NCBI RefSeq assembly: GCF_009914755.1
Contig: NC_060933.1
Origin: the human T2T-CHM13v2.0 reference genome, Homo sapiens
DNA: 64,000 nucleotides
Strand: one strand, 5' to 3'
The stretch's first letter is position 1, and each line of letters starts with the position of its first letter. Made by a program: the position numbers and the translations under genes. Shown here in pieces: positions 25,340 through 38,822 of the stretch. The notes below the pieces were generated by a model. It saw only the letters and a program-made list of their open reading frames with translations. It did no database searches and was not told the origin of the DNA.

Positions 25340-26180
25340 GGGAGAGGGTTGATATGACTTTTAAGACTCCATTCATTTGTTTCCTTTCCATATTTTTTTC
25401 TTGCAATTTGTTGAATATACAAGATCATTCATTCCATAGAGTTTCCTGCAGTCTGGATTTTGCTTATTGTATCCCTGTGGTGGTATTTTACTTGTTCCTA
25501 ATATCGTTTTCGTTTCCAGTGATTTGGTACGTAGATCTAGGGAAGTGCCTTGAGTTTTTACCAAGACTACCTCTTAACTAGTGTGTGCTTCCATCAGGAG
25601 GTATTTAATCTTTGATAATTTATCTTTTTGTGATTTTGGCAGCTGGGGATGGTCATTCCTTAGATGCATTAATTCATTAGAAGTTGCAAAGTTGTGACAT
25701 TCTATCATTTCTTTATTTGCCAGAATACTTCTATAAAGAAACTTTCGTCATCTACTTTTTTTCGGCATTATAGTCTATAGAGGAAAGATAGAATAAAATC
25801 TTGATTTTTTTATTCTGGTTTTATTTTCAAAATAGTTAACTGACTACCATCTCCAGTGGTGACCAATAAATATTTTTAAAGTATTATGAATTCGTGGATC
25901 TAAACATATCTAGTATGCTTTTAATCCATTGGAGTTATCCTTTGATACTCAAATTGTCCCTGCTTTGGCCAGTGTGAATCCATTCAAGTTGAATTCCAAG
26001 TACTTTGAATACAACCCTAGGTGTCACTCCAAACTTCCTTGCTTTCTGGTGAGGTGAGAAATACCAGGCTCCTCTGGTAGATTTCTTACCCCAGAACTGG
26101 AATTGGCCATTTCTTCAAGGAGTCTTGTTTCTGTTGAGTAGGAGGTAGAATTTAAAGACCACAGCCTAGGTGCTAGGGTG
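25340..26180 (-). mobile_element. L1MC-type 3' region fragment
   Basis: tactcaaattgtccctgctttggccagtg...ggaattggccatttcttcaaggag...tttaaagaccacagcctaggtgctagg. Confidence 0.7.
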
Positions 26181-27999
26181 TTATTTTATTTTCGGAATGA
26201 GCAAGAACGAGAAGTTATTCAGCTACAATTAACATAAGTAATATGTAAGCGATGACTGGTACTAATTCCACGAAAAGGCCCTACAGATTTTCAGAAAAAC
26301 TGCAAGGTGTGTTTAAATAGTTTTATGACGTGCCCCCTCCCCTATTATCTTTGGAAGGTCCTTGGGGGCTTCTCAAACACACAGGCTGTTCCTCTTCAGA
26401 GGAGCTGACACTGAGGTCTACTGATGGGCCTATGAAACTGCCGATCATGTGAGATATGCTAAGTGAACAGAGAAATCAAACTGTGCTTTCAAATATAAGC
26501 CTAAAATTGGAATCACTGGGCCAGATGCTTCAAATTTGAGGCACTGATTTGTGTGAGCAAGCTGTTTCTCACATGGGCAGCCCTATGTAATAGGCCTCAG
26601 GAGGGCTAGCAGCAAGGATCTATTTATTTAACGAAGGTTAAACATTCACCCAAGCAGTGTGGGATGCCAGCTGGTGGGGAAGCTATCACAGAGGCTGAAA
26701 GGCTGTATCATCCAATCTGTGTGTTCTTTGTGCAGGTGAACTCTGCAGAAAGCTAAATTTGAGTCTGTGTGCTTACAGCCAGTTGTTAATTGTAATGTTC
26801 AGTTTCACCATGCACTGATAGCCAGATGCAATGTTTTCTGCCATGGGGCCATTCCTACCAGGAGGTCTGGAATGCACCTTTCCACTAGTCAAACTCCGCC
26901 TTCCCTGGACATTGCTGGAGGCTGTTCAAGTTGTATAAAGAGCAAGACTCCTCTTTATAAATGACTTAACTCCACCACCTCCCCCTTTTCTCTTAAAAAT
27001 ATGGCATTTTATGCATTTTATGATGCAGGTCTGCTACATGGTCTGGGTCTTTAGCTGGGGGAATTTTTGCTTGCCTTGTACCCAGCATTTGTTTAAATGC
27101 ATGAAGACATGAGTGGCCCTTGTCCACACATCTGAAGAAGTTTGCTGACTTTGCTTTCCAAAATTGATTCACTTTATTCTTCCCACATGAAGATAAGCAG
27201 TGGCATCTCCAGAAAGAACGTCTGACACACAGAGATGATTGGCTTTTGGGTGAGAACATCAAATTACAGTTGCATATTTGGGTCTTATGAATATGGAGCC
27301 ACCAAATCCAGCTGATAGTCAGAAACTGAGATAGTATGATGTATCATTTTCTGGCTCATGTTCAATGCAAATCTTAAGTGGTGACAATACCATGTTTCAA
27401 AGTCCCTCTTACTAGTACAAGCATGAGAAAATATATCCATATGATGTTTTTATTAAGGAGTTTGGTTATAAGATTTTATCTCTGGGGGAACACAAAACTT
27501 TCTTTGACCTTCACCTCACCTTCTTCTTTTACCTTTTCTTTTATGGGGGGAGAGGGAGCATATTTGGGTCCAAAAAATGACACAGATAGGCCACCATAAG
27601 TATGAATATAATGATTTTCTGCATATGAGGAGGAGGCTGGAGGTGGAGGGGGAAGGGGAATTCTAACCTGTATTGTGGACTCAGTGGCAGTACCCTGGGA
27701 GATGCTGGGTTGTGTATATGATAAATCCTGTGATAGTTGCTCCCAGGCCTATGGGCTCCCAGTATCTCCAAAGCAGATGGGCCCTGTAGACTGAAAGAGT
27801 GAGCATCTCTGTGGTAATCACTGTGGTTAACAACTGGAGTGCTCATCCAGATGTTTTGATGGTATGCTATGACCCTTCGTAGGAGAACCCCAGTATTGAG
27901 TGGGATCGAATTTTCCACCCAAGAGTTGGAATTAAGTGGCTTTGGAAAGAACTGTGATCTGAATTTGTTTGCAAGGCTTGTGCCTACAACTCCCTCCTG

Positions 28000-29050
28000 A
28001 AACCTCAGGGATCTTATGTCATCAATTATCACCTGTCTCCCCTCTCTCTGACCCACTTCCTCTGCTGGTTTTCCTCTTCAATATGTAAATACATTCAAAT
28101 GTCCCACATCTTGAAATGATACCTTCACCATGCGTTCCCTAACTGTCCCTCAATCTTTCTCCTCCCTTGCATAGCCATCTTCTTGAACGAAGCATCTACT
28201 GCTCATATCCATTTCATCTCTCCAACTTAACTGGCTTCTGCTTCTGTACTCAGCAGTCCACAGAACTGTCCTGGTTAAAGGCACCAAAGTGTGGTTTCCT
28301 GACCCTGTTTCACTGAAGTGGGAAGTTTCCATCTGGAAACTTTGTTACTTTGCCATTGGAGACGCTTCATTCTTTGCTTTCTCCCTCTGCTGTTTTATAG
28401 TCTCTTGTCTCTGTGTAGCTTTCCTTTCTGTCTGTCTGTGGGTATTGGTCATTGTGAGGGCCTCTCTCCACACCCTTTTCTTGTCTCCTTCTCTGTATAT
28501 ATGTTCCCCAAAGAGTGACCAGGTCGACTTCCATAACTTCAATTACCATGTACACATTAATATGTTGAAAATCTTTCTCTTAAGTCCAGATTCTCTGATT
28601 TTCATATATGAAATTCAGCTTCTTTAAATTCAGTGTGTAAACAGAATTCATCATTTCCATTGTGTCCTAAATCTAATTCTCCTCCTCAATTGTGAATATC
28701 AAGAAGTGACCCATCTACCTACCTCATTATTTAAGCCCCAAACTTTGGATTCATTCTTGACTCCTCCCTTCATCTCATCTTCTAGTTCTCACACGAATGA
28801 CCAAACTCTGTCCATTCAACTTTCTAATTATTTTTTAGATCTCTCCCTTTTGTTTTATTCTTAGGTCAGACCCTAATCTCTGCCTTTCTCCCCCATCCTC
28901 GCTTATACCATTATAGATATCCTACTTGGTCTTCTTCCCTCTTGTCTTGCTCTCTTTCAATTCATTCTCTGCTTGTTTTCAGCCTGATCTTTCGGAAATG
29001 CAAATTTCATTGTGTTACATCCTTGCTTAAACCTTGCACTGGTTCCTCAC
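28000..29050. mobile_element. L2 LINE remnant
   Basis: Pyrimidine-rich L2 motifs (cattcttgactcctccct, tgatctttcggaaatgcaaatttcattgtgttac). Confidence 0.65.
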
Positions 29051-29976
29051 ATCAGAGAATGTGAGCATATCAATGAGTATGCTTTAGCTAAAAATAACAG
29101 AATACATAACTGGGAGTGATTTAAGCCATAAGGGTTATTTTTTCTTTCATAACAACAAGGACAGAAATAGGTGGTCCCAGAGGTGGGTGGTTCAGCAGCT
29201 CTGTAATGTCACCAAGGACTGCCGGCCTCACAGTGTTAGTGATGCTGCCATTCATGTTCACCGGAAGGCTGCAACAGCAACAAGGATCACCTCTTTTCAC
29301 GACAACTTTGACAGGCAGATTGACATGATGTGTCGTCTCCATGGGTGTCTCCTCTTTTATCATCAAAGAAATTCTATCTCAGCCATCCCTCTGGCAAATG
29401 TTCCCTTATATCTCATTGTCCAGAATTTGTTCACAGGGCTATTTCTAGCCATGAAAGCAGTCAGGAAAGTCAGTACCTGGCACATTCAGCCACCAACAGG
29501 AAGGCAGACCAGAGGGAAAAAGAAGTCAGGGGACGGTTGGTGAGTGGGCAACCAAAAGTAATTGTCACAACTTTCAATTCCTGAGGTTCTTTCTCACTTC
29601 CATGCCTCTCCATCTGTGGCCCCATTGCCTGGAACGTCACTGCCCATCTACACACCCCTCCGTTCACATGGCTCACTCCTACCCTTTTTCAGTCCTCAGC
29701 TCAGGCACTGCCCCACACCCCTGCATGCTGGACGAAATGCCCACCTGGTGTTCTAGATGGCATCATTTGTCCTACTCTACTGTAATTCCAAATTTCTCTT
29801 CCTCGTACTAGTCTTCAACCCCCTTGAAAACAGGGACTGAATCTTTCCCTCTTTTATAGCCACAGCTCATTTTCTTTGCAGGGACTAAAATATTTTTTAA
29901 TAATCCCGTGAATGGATTTGAATATAAAGCGGCTTCCTCCGTGAATTTTTCCCCATGGTTTGTTAGCTATCAATAG

Positions 29977-29990
29977 CCAGTAGAGGGCGC
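29977..29990 (+). promoter_or_regulatory. CTCF core motif CCAGTAGAGGGCGC
   Basis: 14/14 match to CCASYAGRKGGCRS with the CpG retained; binding not shown. Confidence 0.7.
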
Positions 29991-30539
29991 TGTGACCTTT
30001 GGCTAGAATGCCCTTTAGCTGTAGTTTGATTCCTGTAGCATTAAGCTGGCTTTTATTTTTATTTTCTCCGAAAGAAGTTCTGATTTTTAGTTTTTTAATC
30101 AAAAGATTGAAATAATGCAATAGTTATTTTAGAAATTTGAGTTTTTTTCATCAAAAGATTGAAATCATGTATTAGTTATTTGAAGTTATACTTTGTATAA
30201 TGTAATGTATCCGTGGAGTATTCTGAGGTCATTCAGAGTTATGGCAAACGTTCAGAATCCTCTGAAGTTTATTACTCAAATGATGTACTCTTTAAGTTCT
30301 CCTCCTTAGGCAGAGTGGCTGCAGCTGCTGAGTTCTTGAGAATAGCTGAAGTGGTCCGAAGAGCATCATCTGGTGTCTTAAAAATGTACGAATTTTTTCA
30401 CTTGTTCAAACACTGTTTCATTTCCCCACTTTGTGGGAAATCACTTAGGCCAGGTTGGCCTAGGATGTTGTGTGGGCAAAAGTGGGTGTTATTTCAGGAC
30501 TGGAGGGAGAATTGGTCTGGTTTAGGAAATAAGGACAGT

Positions 30540-31350
30540 GTATCATTCACTCATTCATTCAATCTTACATGCATTTGATAAACACTTGAGAAGCTGCTAC
30601 CTGCATGGCATTATTCTAGGCACTGGGTCGCAACAGCTAAATGAAGCAGATTAAATCTTTCACTTCATGGAACTTACCTTCCAGGGAAGGAGACAAACAG
30701 TTAACTAAACACATGTATAATAAAATGCCAGGAAATCTGGAGACAAACAACCAAATAAACAAATGTATCATAAAACAACAGGAAAACTGTGGAGAAAAAT
30801 AAGACACAGTAAGGGGTTAGAGGGATGGGGAGGGTGCTGTTTTAGGTATGTGCCATAGAGGAAAGAACGTTCCAGACAGAGGATTCAGCAAGAGCAAAGG
30901 CCCAAGGCAGGAGAGTGCCTGGCAAGTTTGAGAGATTCCAGAGAGGCCCCGGGAGCTGGAGCCAGGGGTGTGAGGGGCATGGTGGGAGACGAGATGGGAG
31001 AAGTAGGAGTGGATGACGAAGGGCTGGAGGGTCCCCTTAAAGACTGGGATTTTCTTCTCGATGTGATGGGAAGCCATGGGAAGACTTTGAGCAGGGGAGT
31101 GGCTTGATCTGATTTACTTCTTTAAAAGAATACCCTGCTGACTGTGAGAGGGGGTGGTCAGCAGTGAACGACTGGCCAGCTGGGAGGCCAGTGTGGGGGC
31201 CAGGCCAGAGGCACTGCTGGTTGGAACACAGTAGCAGTAGTGGAGTGGCACACAGTGGTCAGATTAGGCTGCATTGGAAAGATCTTAGAGTTGCCAAGAT
31301 TTTCAGTGGATTATATAGTGTGTGTGAGAGAAAGAGAGTTGCCAAATCCA
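30540..31350. mobile_element. L2 LINE remnant (opposite orientation to the 28-29 kb remnant)
   Basis: cattcactcattcattcaa, gcaaaggcccaaggcaggagagtgcctggc, gggaagccatgggaagactttgagcagggg. Confidence 0.75.
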
Positions 31351-31969
31351 GAGTCTCCATTTTTTTCTTTTTCTTTTTTTCTGAGGATGCAATTTAAACA
31401 GAGGCCAAACCATTCATCCATCTTAAGCTCTTCTGCACCCTAACAGCAAACGTAGTAACAAACAACTATTGTTTATGTTGTCGTTAGCAATGAGGATCTC
31501 TGATTTCAGACAATAGGACTGCAGAATGGAGATGTCCTTCATTGCTCTTGATTGACAGCTATCTGTCAGTCAGGTCTGGATGATCTGCGGGCATTACACA
31601 CACATGAGCGACCTGCCCATACCTTCAGTGTCCTCTGTTTTCTCTCATGCCCTGCTGCCTGCTTTTTTTTTATCTGGAACAGCAGCATTTCATTTTGTTA
31701 GCTGAAGCAAACCACCTTTTTAATGTTCATCTCTGTAACACAGAAAAGAACATGTTCTATCCTTTCTGATAAAGTGCAATGAAACCTCAGTGTGGCATTT
31801 GTTATTAGCGCAGGTTGGCCAAATCCCTTGATCAGGACTGATTATAATACTTTTGAGTCCTGTGCCTGTAATTCAGTGAGCTGCACCCAGTGGCGCCTGC
31901 AAAGAAAAAACAGGCTCGCCTCCCCCCGGCAATGGAGCCAGTAGGAAAAGAGCATAAGATCCAGTCATA

Positions 31970-32274
<305 letters not shown>

Positions 32275-32390
32275 TTACTTCTTTTATCAAAAAGAACTCC
32301 CAATGTATAGACATGAACCTCATTAAAAATTATGCCCAATACTTTGGGAAGAATATTTGTGCAGCAATTCATAATGAAAAAGCCTGTCCT

Positions 32391-32772
<382 letters not shown>

Positions 32773-33254
32773 CTATCTTCCTTATTTCCACAAGAGCCTC
32801 CTAATTGCAGTCCCTGCACCCGCCACCTGTCTTACCCAGTCCTTCTTTTTTAGAAACTCCTGTTGTGATCTTTTGAAATCGTAGGTTTGATAACATCACT
32901 GTTCTTCTCCAAAATTTTGCCCCTATTGTGTACAGAATAAAGCCTGAACATTAAAGTCCTTCATCATCTGGGCCCAATTGCCTTTTAAATTTGCATCTTC
33001 TCCCATCCCATCTTTCAACCCTCTGTTCTATGGACAATATACACCCTCAGGATTCCTTTAGTACCAATGTGAATTCAAGGCTTTGCTCTTCTCTGTGCTG
33101 TTGCTTCTGTTTGGAATGCTCTTTCTTTTTTCCCTAGGAAACTCCTTACAGATCCTCCAATGCTCAGCTCAAAGCACCTCCTCTGTAAGATCTTATACCA
33201 CTTCCCCATGTCATTTCCTCTCTATGAGGTCATAGCAGTTTCTAAAACTTCACA

Positions 33255-33545
33255 TGCCATTATCCTAAGCAAATTAAGGCAGAACAGAAATAGATACTGT
33301 ATTTTCCTACTTGTGAGTGGGAGCTAAATACTCGGTATGCAGGGACACAGAGATGGGAACAATAGGCACTGGGTATTCTGAAAAGGAAGAGGGAGGCAGG
33401 CAAGGGTTGAAGAACTACCTAATGGATACCTCATTTACTACTTGGGCAACAGCAACAGGATCATTAGAAGCCCAAACCTCAGCATCTTGCAATACACCCA
33501 TGTAACAAACCTGCCTTTACCCTCTGAATCTAAAAACAAAACAAA
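33255..33545 (+). mobile_element. L1PB-type 3' end fragment
   Basis: gtgggagctaaat...caatacacccatgtaacaaacctg...ctctgaatctaaaa. Confidence 0.75.
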
Positions 33546-35130
33546 ATCTCATGTGCGTCTATTATAGTGCAGAAGCTAATAACTAAAGCTGTTATTAAGG
33601 GATTTCTATGTGTCAGGGACTCCTTTAAGCTTTTTCTATGTATAATAATATGAATCTATGTCTTCCACTCGAGACTACTTGAGGATCAAGTTTTGCTTAC
33701 ATTCTGTAATGTTTCAGGGCTTAGTAATATACCAGAGGTATAATTCATGCTTATGCATTGTCCACTGAGTAAAGACCCAAAGATTTTGTTTTTGCCTTTG
33801 CTGGTTCTCAAGCACCTCCTGATGGTTGTTAGAATTCCCATAAGAATTCTGAGAAGACTTAAAAAAAAAGTCCTTTTTCACTAAGATGAAGTTTGGGGAT
33901 GCCTCACTTTATAAACCATGGGCTATGCCTCAATTCACCACAGAGGATAAATCAAATTACCTCCTCTCCTATCAAGAGCACTTCTCATTTCTGACATTAA
34001 TCGTAGATGTAACATGTTTTAGATAATAAGATGAAATGTAATTAATTTGCTCTACATGTTGTAAAGTTCTATTCACATATGTGCTAAATAAAGAACTCAG
34101 ATTTGTCTTACCTTTCCCTTCTCCCTTGTGCAATTTAATGGTTTAGGAGTTCTGGTATAAAAATAAAGAGCAAGTGGAACATTTTCCCTTCACTCTGGAA
34201 AGTTTCAAGGGTCACTAGGAATTTCTATACACTCTGAATTAAGAAAACTACAAATATAAGAAACTGTATGGGTTCAGCTTTGTTCTGATGCTGCTTTGGA
34301 CTCAGAAGGGTGGAACATCTGCAAACACCTGCTTGGTCCTATATCTGCAGGGGGAAGAGGCTAATCTAAATGCTACCATGGGAGCTCAGGGGTGTAAAAG
34401 AATGCTCTTTTCATGAGAGAAAGAGTGAAAAAAAATGTAGGCAGTTAGATGATTGATTGATAGATAAGTGTACAGTCAGACCCTTTGATACCTGGATTAA
34501 GACTCTTACACAATATCGGGGGGGAACCACAGTTAATGCCTGCTTCTGACTGAAGTCCTCTGAACAGGCAGAGACATCCTCCTGACAACCAGGATGGCAT
34601 AATCTAGTTCAGGATCTGGGGAAAAGCTATTTTGAATGTAAAACTGGGTACAGGTGGTACCATTCCAGTGTCTTACGTGAAGATCCCAGGAAAGTTGGAC
34701 CTAAGTTTTCCTCAAGAGGGCAGACTAAAATACAACCAGGGGCATATGCCGGTCCTGCAGCCTAATAAATAGCCCCAAAGACTGGTGTAAAAAGAAGGCT
34801 TTTCCATCAACTACAGAAGAGGAAAATAGTGGTGGACAAAAATCAGCAGCAGCTACCAAAGGAAGCTCCCAGTGGGCAAGCAAAAAAAAAAAAAAAAAAA
34901 AAAAAAAGACATCTGTGGAGCCAGGAGCACTTCATTGACCACTTTGAGGAAAGTGAGACCTGACGTGGGATGAGAGAGGTGTCTAAGGGAAACCGGAGTT
35001 GGGTTTCTTATTTAAGGATTAAGGAAGCATAGGAAATGTGGAAAAGCACAAAACCACTAAAAAACTTCTCCATGAGTGTGTGCTGCCCAGCCATTTTGCC
35101 TAGATTGGTCATACTGACTGATCTGGGGTG

Positions 35131-35132
<2 letters not shown>

Positions 35133-35197
<65 letters not shown>

Positions 35198-35214
35198 CGC
35201 ACGCACGTATACAT
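35133..35214. repeat. (GT)28(GC)6 compound microsatellite; 82-bp alternating purine/pyrimidine tract
   Basis: Read directly from the sequence. Confidence 0.97.
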
Positions 35215-37565
35215 TGGGAGACGGTATTACGGTATAGCAGAAGCATTTTCTTTATGGTGGTTGCTGTGTTGTACTATGGTTTGTTGTTTGGTGTTTCTCT
35301 CTCTTGCCAGATTGTGAACTAGGTGGGAGAAAGCAGCATGCATCATTCCTTGTTGTACTGCTAGAACCTAACTCAGAACGTGGACTGCTGATTTATCCAT
35401 AAATCTTGGTGAATGAACTAATTTATGAATGAATCAGTGGATAAATGGATCAAGCTGTGGTTTGGCTTTCTTTCACTGAAGGCTGACTCCATATGCTTCC
35501 ATATGCTGCTTTCTAAAAAATATTTCAGTCATCTCTGAGAAAGTTTACCACTAGCATAATCTGCATTTTAAAGGTGGAGGACTAAGAATATTTTCTTATC
35601 TATGCAGGCATGGCTGGAAAGAACAGATTCATGGTTAACAGTCTCTTTCAGTGGGTGTGAGACAAAGACTTGTGCCTCCAAATGCACTCTGCAGATTCAG
35701 CCCAGCCTCCCAGAGCTCTAATAAAGGGCCAAAGCACCATTGTCCTCTAATTCAACTCTTTCATCCAATAGTTAACATGATTTTCAGGCTGTGGGAATAG
35801 GTAGGCCAAAGGCAGCATGAAGGAATGCATGTTCAGGAAACATGCAACAATTTATTGTGTGGAATCATGGGCATCTATATGAAATTCACTACAGAACAAG
35901 CAGGTTACCAGTGTGTTATTTTGTTTATTCTGCTTTGTTTTATTTTAAACTTATATTCATCATCATCATCACCATTGAAACGCTCGTAATAGCAACTTAA
36001 GTTTCAAATAAGCAAACCCCAAAACAAGCAAACTCATAAGAGTATTCAAGAACAGAAAGCTGATGGAGATAGTTTCCACACTCAGGCCCAGTCTCCGTAT
36101 GGATGGAAACCAAAGGAAGAGAGCTTGGGAGAAATGTCTTTTCATGATGAGCATCCTTGTATTTCCTGAGTAACTTGCAGATAACTTACGGCTACAGATG
36201 GGCTGTGGAGAGTTCCTGAATGGGACCTCTGTTGGCAAAAACAAAAATATAAAAACCTTATTTCTAGGATAGTTATAAATTAGTTAACAAGCGTTTTTGA
36301 TTCCAAAATAATGAAAACATTTTATCATGCTTCAGTTATTTTAGCATGTGCTACAGTGAAATTGTCTTGGTCCACAGCTGTTTTTCAGCTCTTTACAGTT
36401 ACTCTACTATACCAAGTTGCTCTGAAAGTAACTATGTTTAAGTGATTTAATTATGATGCTTAAGGTTTCTATGTGTTTTCAAGTCTTTAACATCTAAGCT
36501 TTTAGGAAACACTGTGGGACTTGCATCTTGTGGAGAAAGATTTATAGGTGATTAGGGTACCCAGGAACTTCAGACCCCATCTTGCCCCAGCCTCTGATCC
36601 CCCTGAAACTGAGACAGGAGAGGATAAGGATGGGTAAAGGGCCTGCTGGGGCCTAACCCAGTGTCTGGCTTAGCCAGCTTCCATGGACTCTGAGAGTCTC
36701 TCTCCCCTGGAGTGCAGTAGCCTAAGGTCTGGTTCCATAGCAAAAGGAAAGACTTCCTGGACTCTGTTTACCCAGGCCCACACTGAAATCTCAGGTCTCT
36801 GAAGTTTACCCTTCAGAGGGAAGAGGAGAAAATCCAAGGAAAGGTATTCCATGAAAGAGAAAGGGCTGAATGATGCAGAAGCTTTATAAGCAAGAGATCC
36901 TCATTCACCTGAAGAAGCCTGTTGAGTCAGCTCACCATCTAAGAAGTCCCCAGTGCTGCCAGAGTGGTGGGAGCTAACAGAGACAAAAAAAGAGGAAAAA
37001 TATGCCACCAGAAAATAAGCAGGAAAGAATTCTGCCTTCATCTGACTTTTTCATAAACACGGTGTTGTTCCTGAACTTACATTCTTGTAAATAAGAGAAA
37101 GAATTTATATCATCTAATCAATTATTACCATAGTTGGTGTTGTATTCATAATGCACTGGGTATAGTTTTTTATGAAATATGCTTTATAGGAATAAATTAT
37201 GTGGAAACAGCCAAATGTTGTTGCACAGTTATTGAATCAGTCAGCATGTATTAAACTTGTTTTAACCTGTGGCTACCCAAACCTGGCTAATCATTGCAAA
37301 CACCTGGAGAGCTTTCTGGTTGGCCGTTAGAAATCTGTAATTTCCAAAGTTACCAGGTCTTTCTGATGGTCAGCCAGATTTGAGAACTGCATCATGCCAT
37401 GTTGTGCCTTTCTCCATGTTCACCTTCTGTATCCCAACTCTTCTTTAGGCCCATTCTCTAAATACCTGATCAAGCGAAGTACTCTCTGTTTTCTGATCAC
37501 TTATAGAATACATGTATTACCTTTTATTCTTAGTCATCTTTTGAAGTTTATAAATCTGGTTTCCT

Positions 37566-38173
37566 ACTTGTGAGTGAGAATATGCAGTTTGGTTTTCTGT
37601 TCTTGTGTTAGTTTGCTGGGAATGATGGTTTCCAGCTTCATCCATGTCCCTGCAAAGGACATCAACTCATCCTTTTTTATGGCTGCATAGTATTCCATGG
37701 TGTATAGGTGCCACATTTTCCTTATCCAGTCTATCATTGATGGGCGTTTGGGTTGGCTCCAAGCCTTTGCTATTGTGAGCAGTGCTGCAAATATACATAT
37801 GTGTGCATGTGCCTTTATAGTAGAATGATTTATAATCCTTTGGGTATATACCCAGTAATGGGATTGCTGGATCAAATGGTATTTCTGGTTCTAGGTCCTT
37901 GAGGAATCTCCACACTGTCTTCCACAATGGTCGAACAATGAGAACACATGGACACAGGGAGGGGAACATCACACACCAGGGCCTGCCGGTGGGTGGGGAA
38001 CTAGGAGAGGGATAGCATTAGGAGAAATACCTAATGTAGATGACAGGTTGATGGGTGCAGCAAACCACCATGGCATGTGTATACCTATGTAACAAACCTG
38101 CACGTTCTGCACATGTATCCCGAACTTAAAGTATAATAATAAAAAAAAAGAACAATGAAATCTTAAAAAAAAT
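37566..38173 (+). mobile_element. L1PA 3' fragment with 5' inversion (twin priming); TSD TCTGGTTTCCT
   Basis: 37566-~37932 antisense end of ORF2; ~37930-38150 sense 3' UTR with poly(A); TSD at 37555-37565 and 38174-38184. Confidence 0.9.
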
Positions 38174-38355
38174 TCTGGTTTCCTCAGACCTGGAGGCGAT
38201 TGAGTTTAGAACCCTTAGATCTTCAAGAGGTTCATGGCCATACACTCAATGTACATTTGCTGTTTTTTTTTTTTTAGCAGAATGCTAAACCTAAATTGGT
38301 CAATGTCAAATGCTTCAACTTTGAGCTACTTAGAAATATGTCTGTTGCTAAAGAG

Positions 38356-38356
<1 letters not shown>

Positions 38357-38401
<45 letters not shown>
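38357..38401. repeat. (AC)22 microsatellite
   Basis: Read directly from the sequence. Confidence 0.97.
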
Positions 38402-38402
<1 letters not shown>

Positions 38403-38671
38403 CCCTTACCACAGTTTACTGTTGTCAGTATTTTACCAGTTACAGTGAATTCTAGAATCTTACCTCACTTTATATCCATTTACCCTCTTTCCTTTATAAT
38501 ATAATCATCTAAAATAAATATTAATTTTATAAAAAATTCCTCTACACACATTGAGAACTGAGTCAGAAAGTATTACAATTTTTGCTTCAACATTCAAACA
38601 CAATTTACAAAACTCAAGAGAAGAAATAAAGTTTACTTTACCCATGTTTTTGTTCTTTCCACTGTTCTTTC

Positions 38672-38822
38672 TTTTTTTTTTATTTAAGTTTTAGGGTACA
38701 TGTGCACAACGTGCAGGTTTGTTACATATGTATACATGTGCCATGTTGGTGTGCTGCACCCATTAACTCGTCATTTAATATTAGGTATATCTCCTAATGC
38801 TATCCCTCCTCCCGTCCCCCCA
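38672..38822 (-). mobile_element. ~150-bp L1PA4/5-like 3' end with TSD TTCTTTCTTTT
   Basis: taagttttagggtacatgtgcacaacgtgcagg...ctatccctcc; TSD at 38665-38675 and 38823-38833. Confidence 0.88.
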
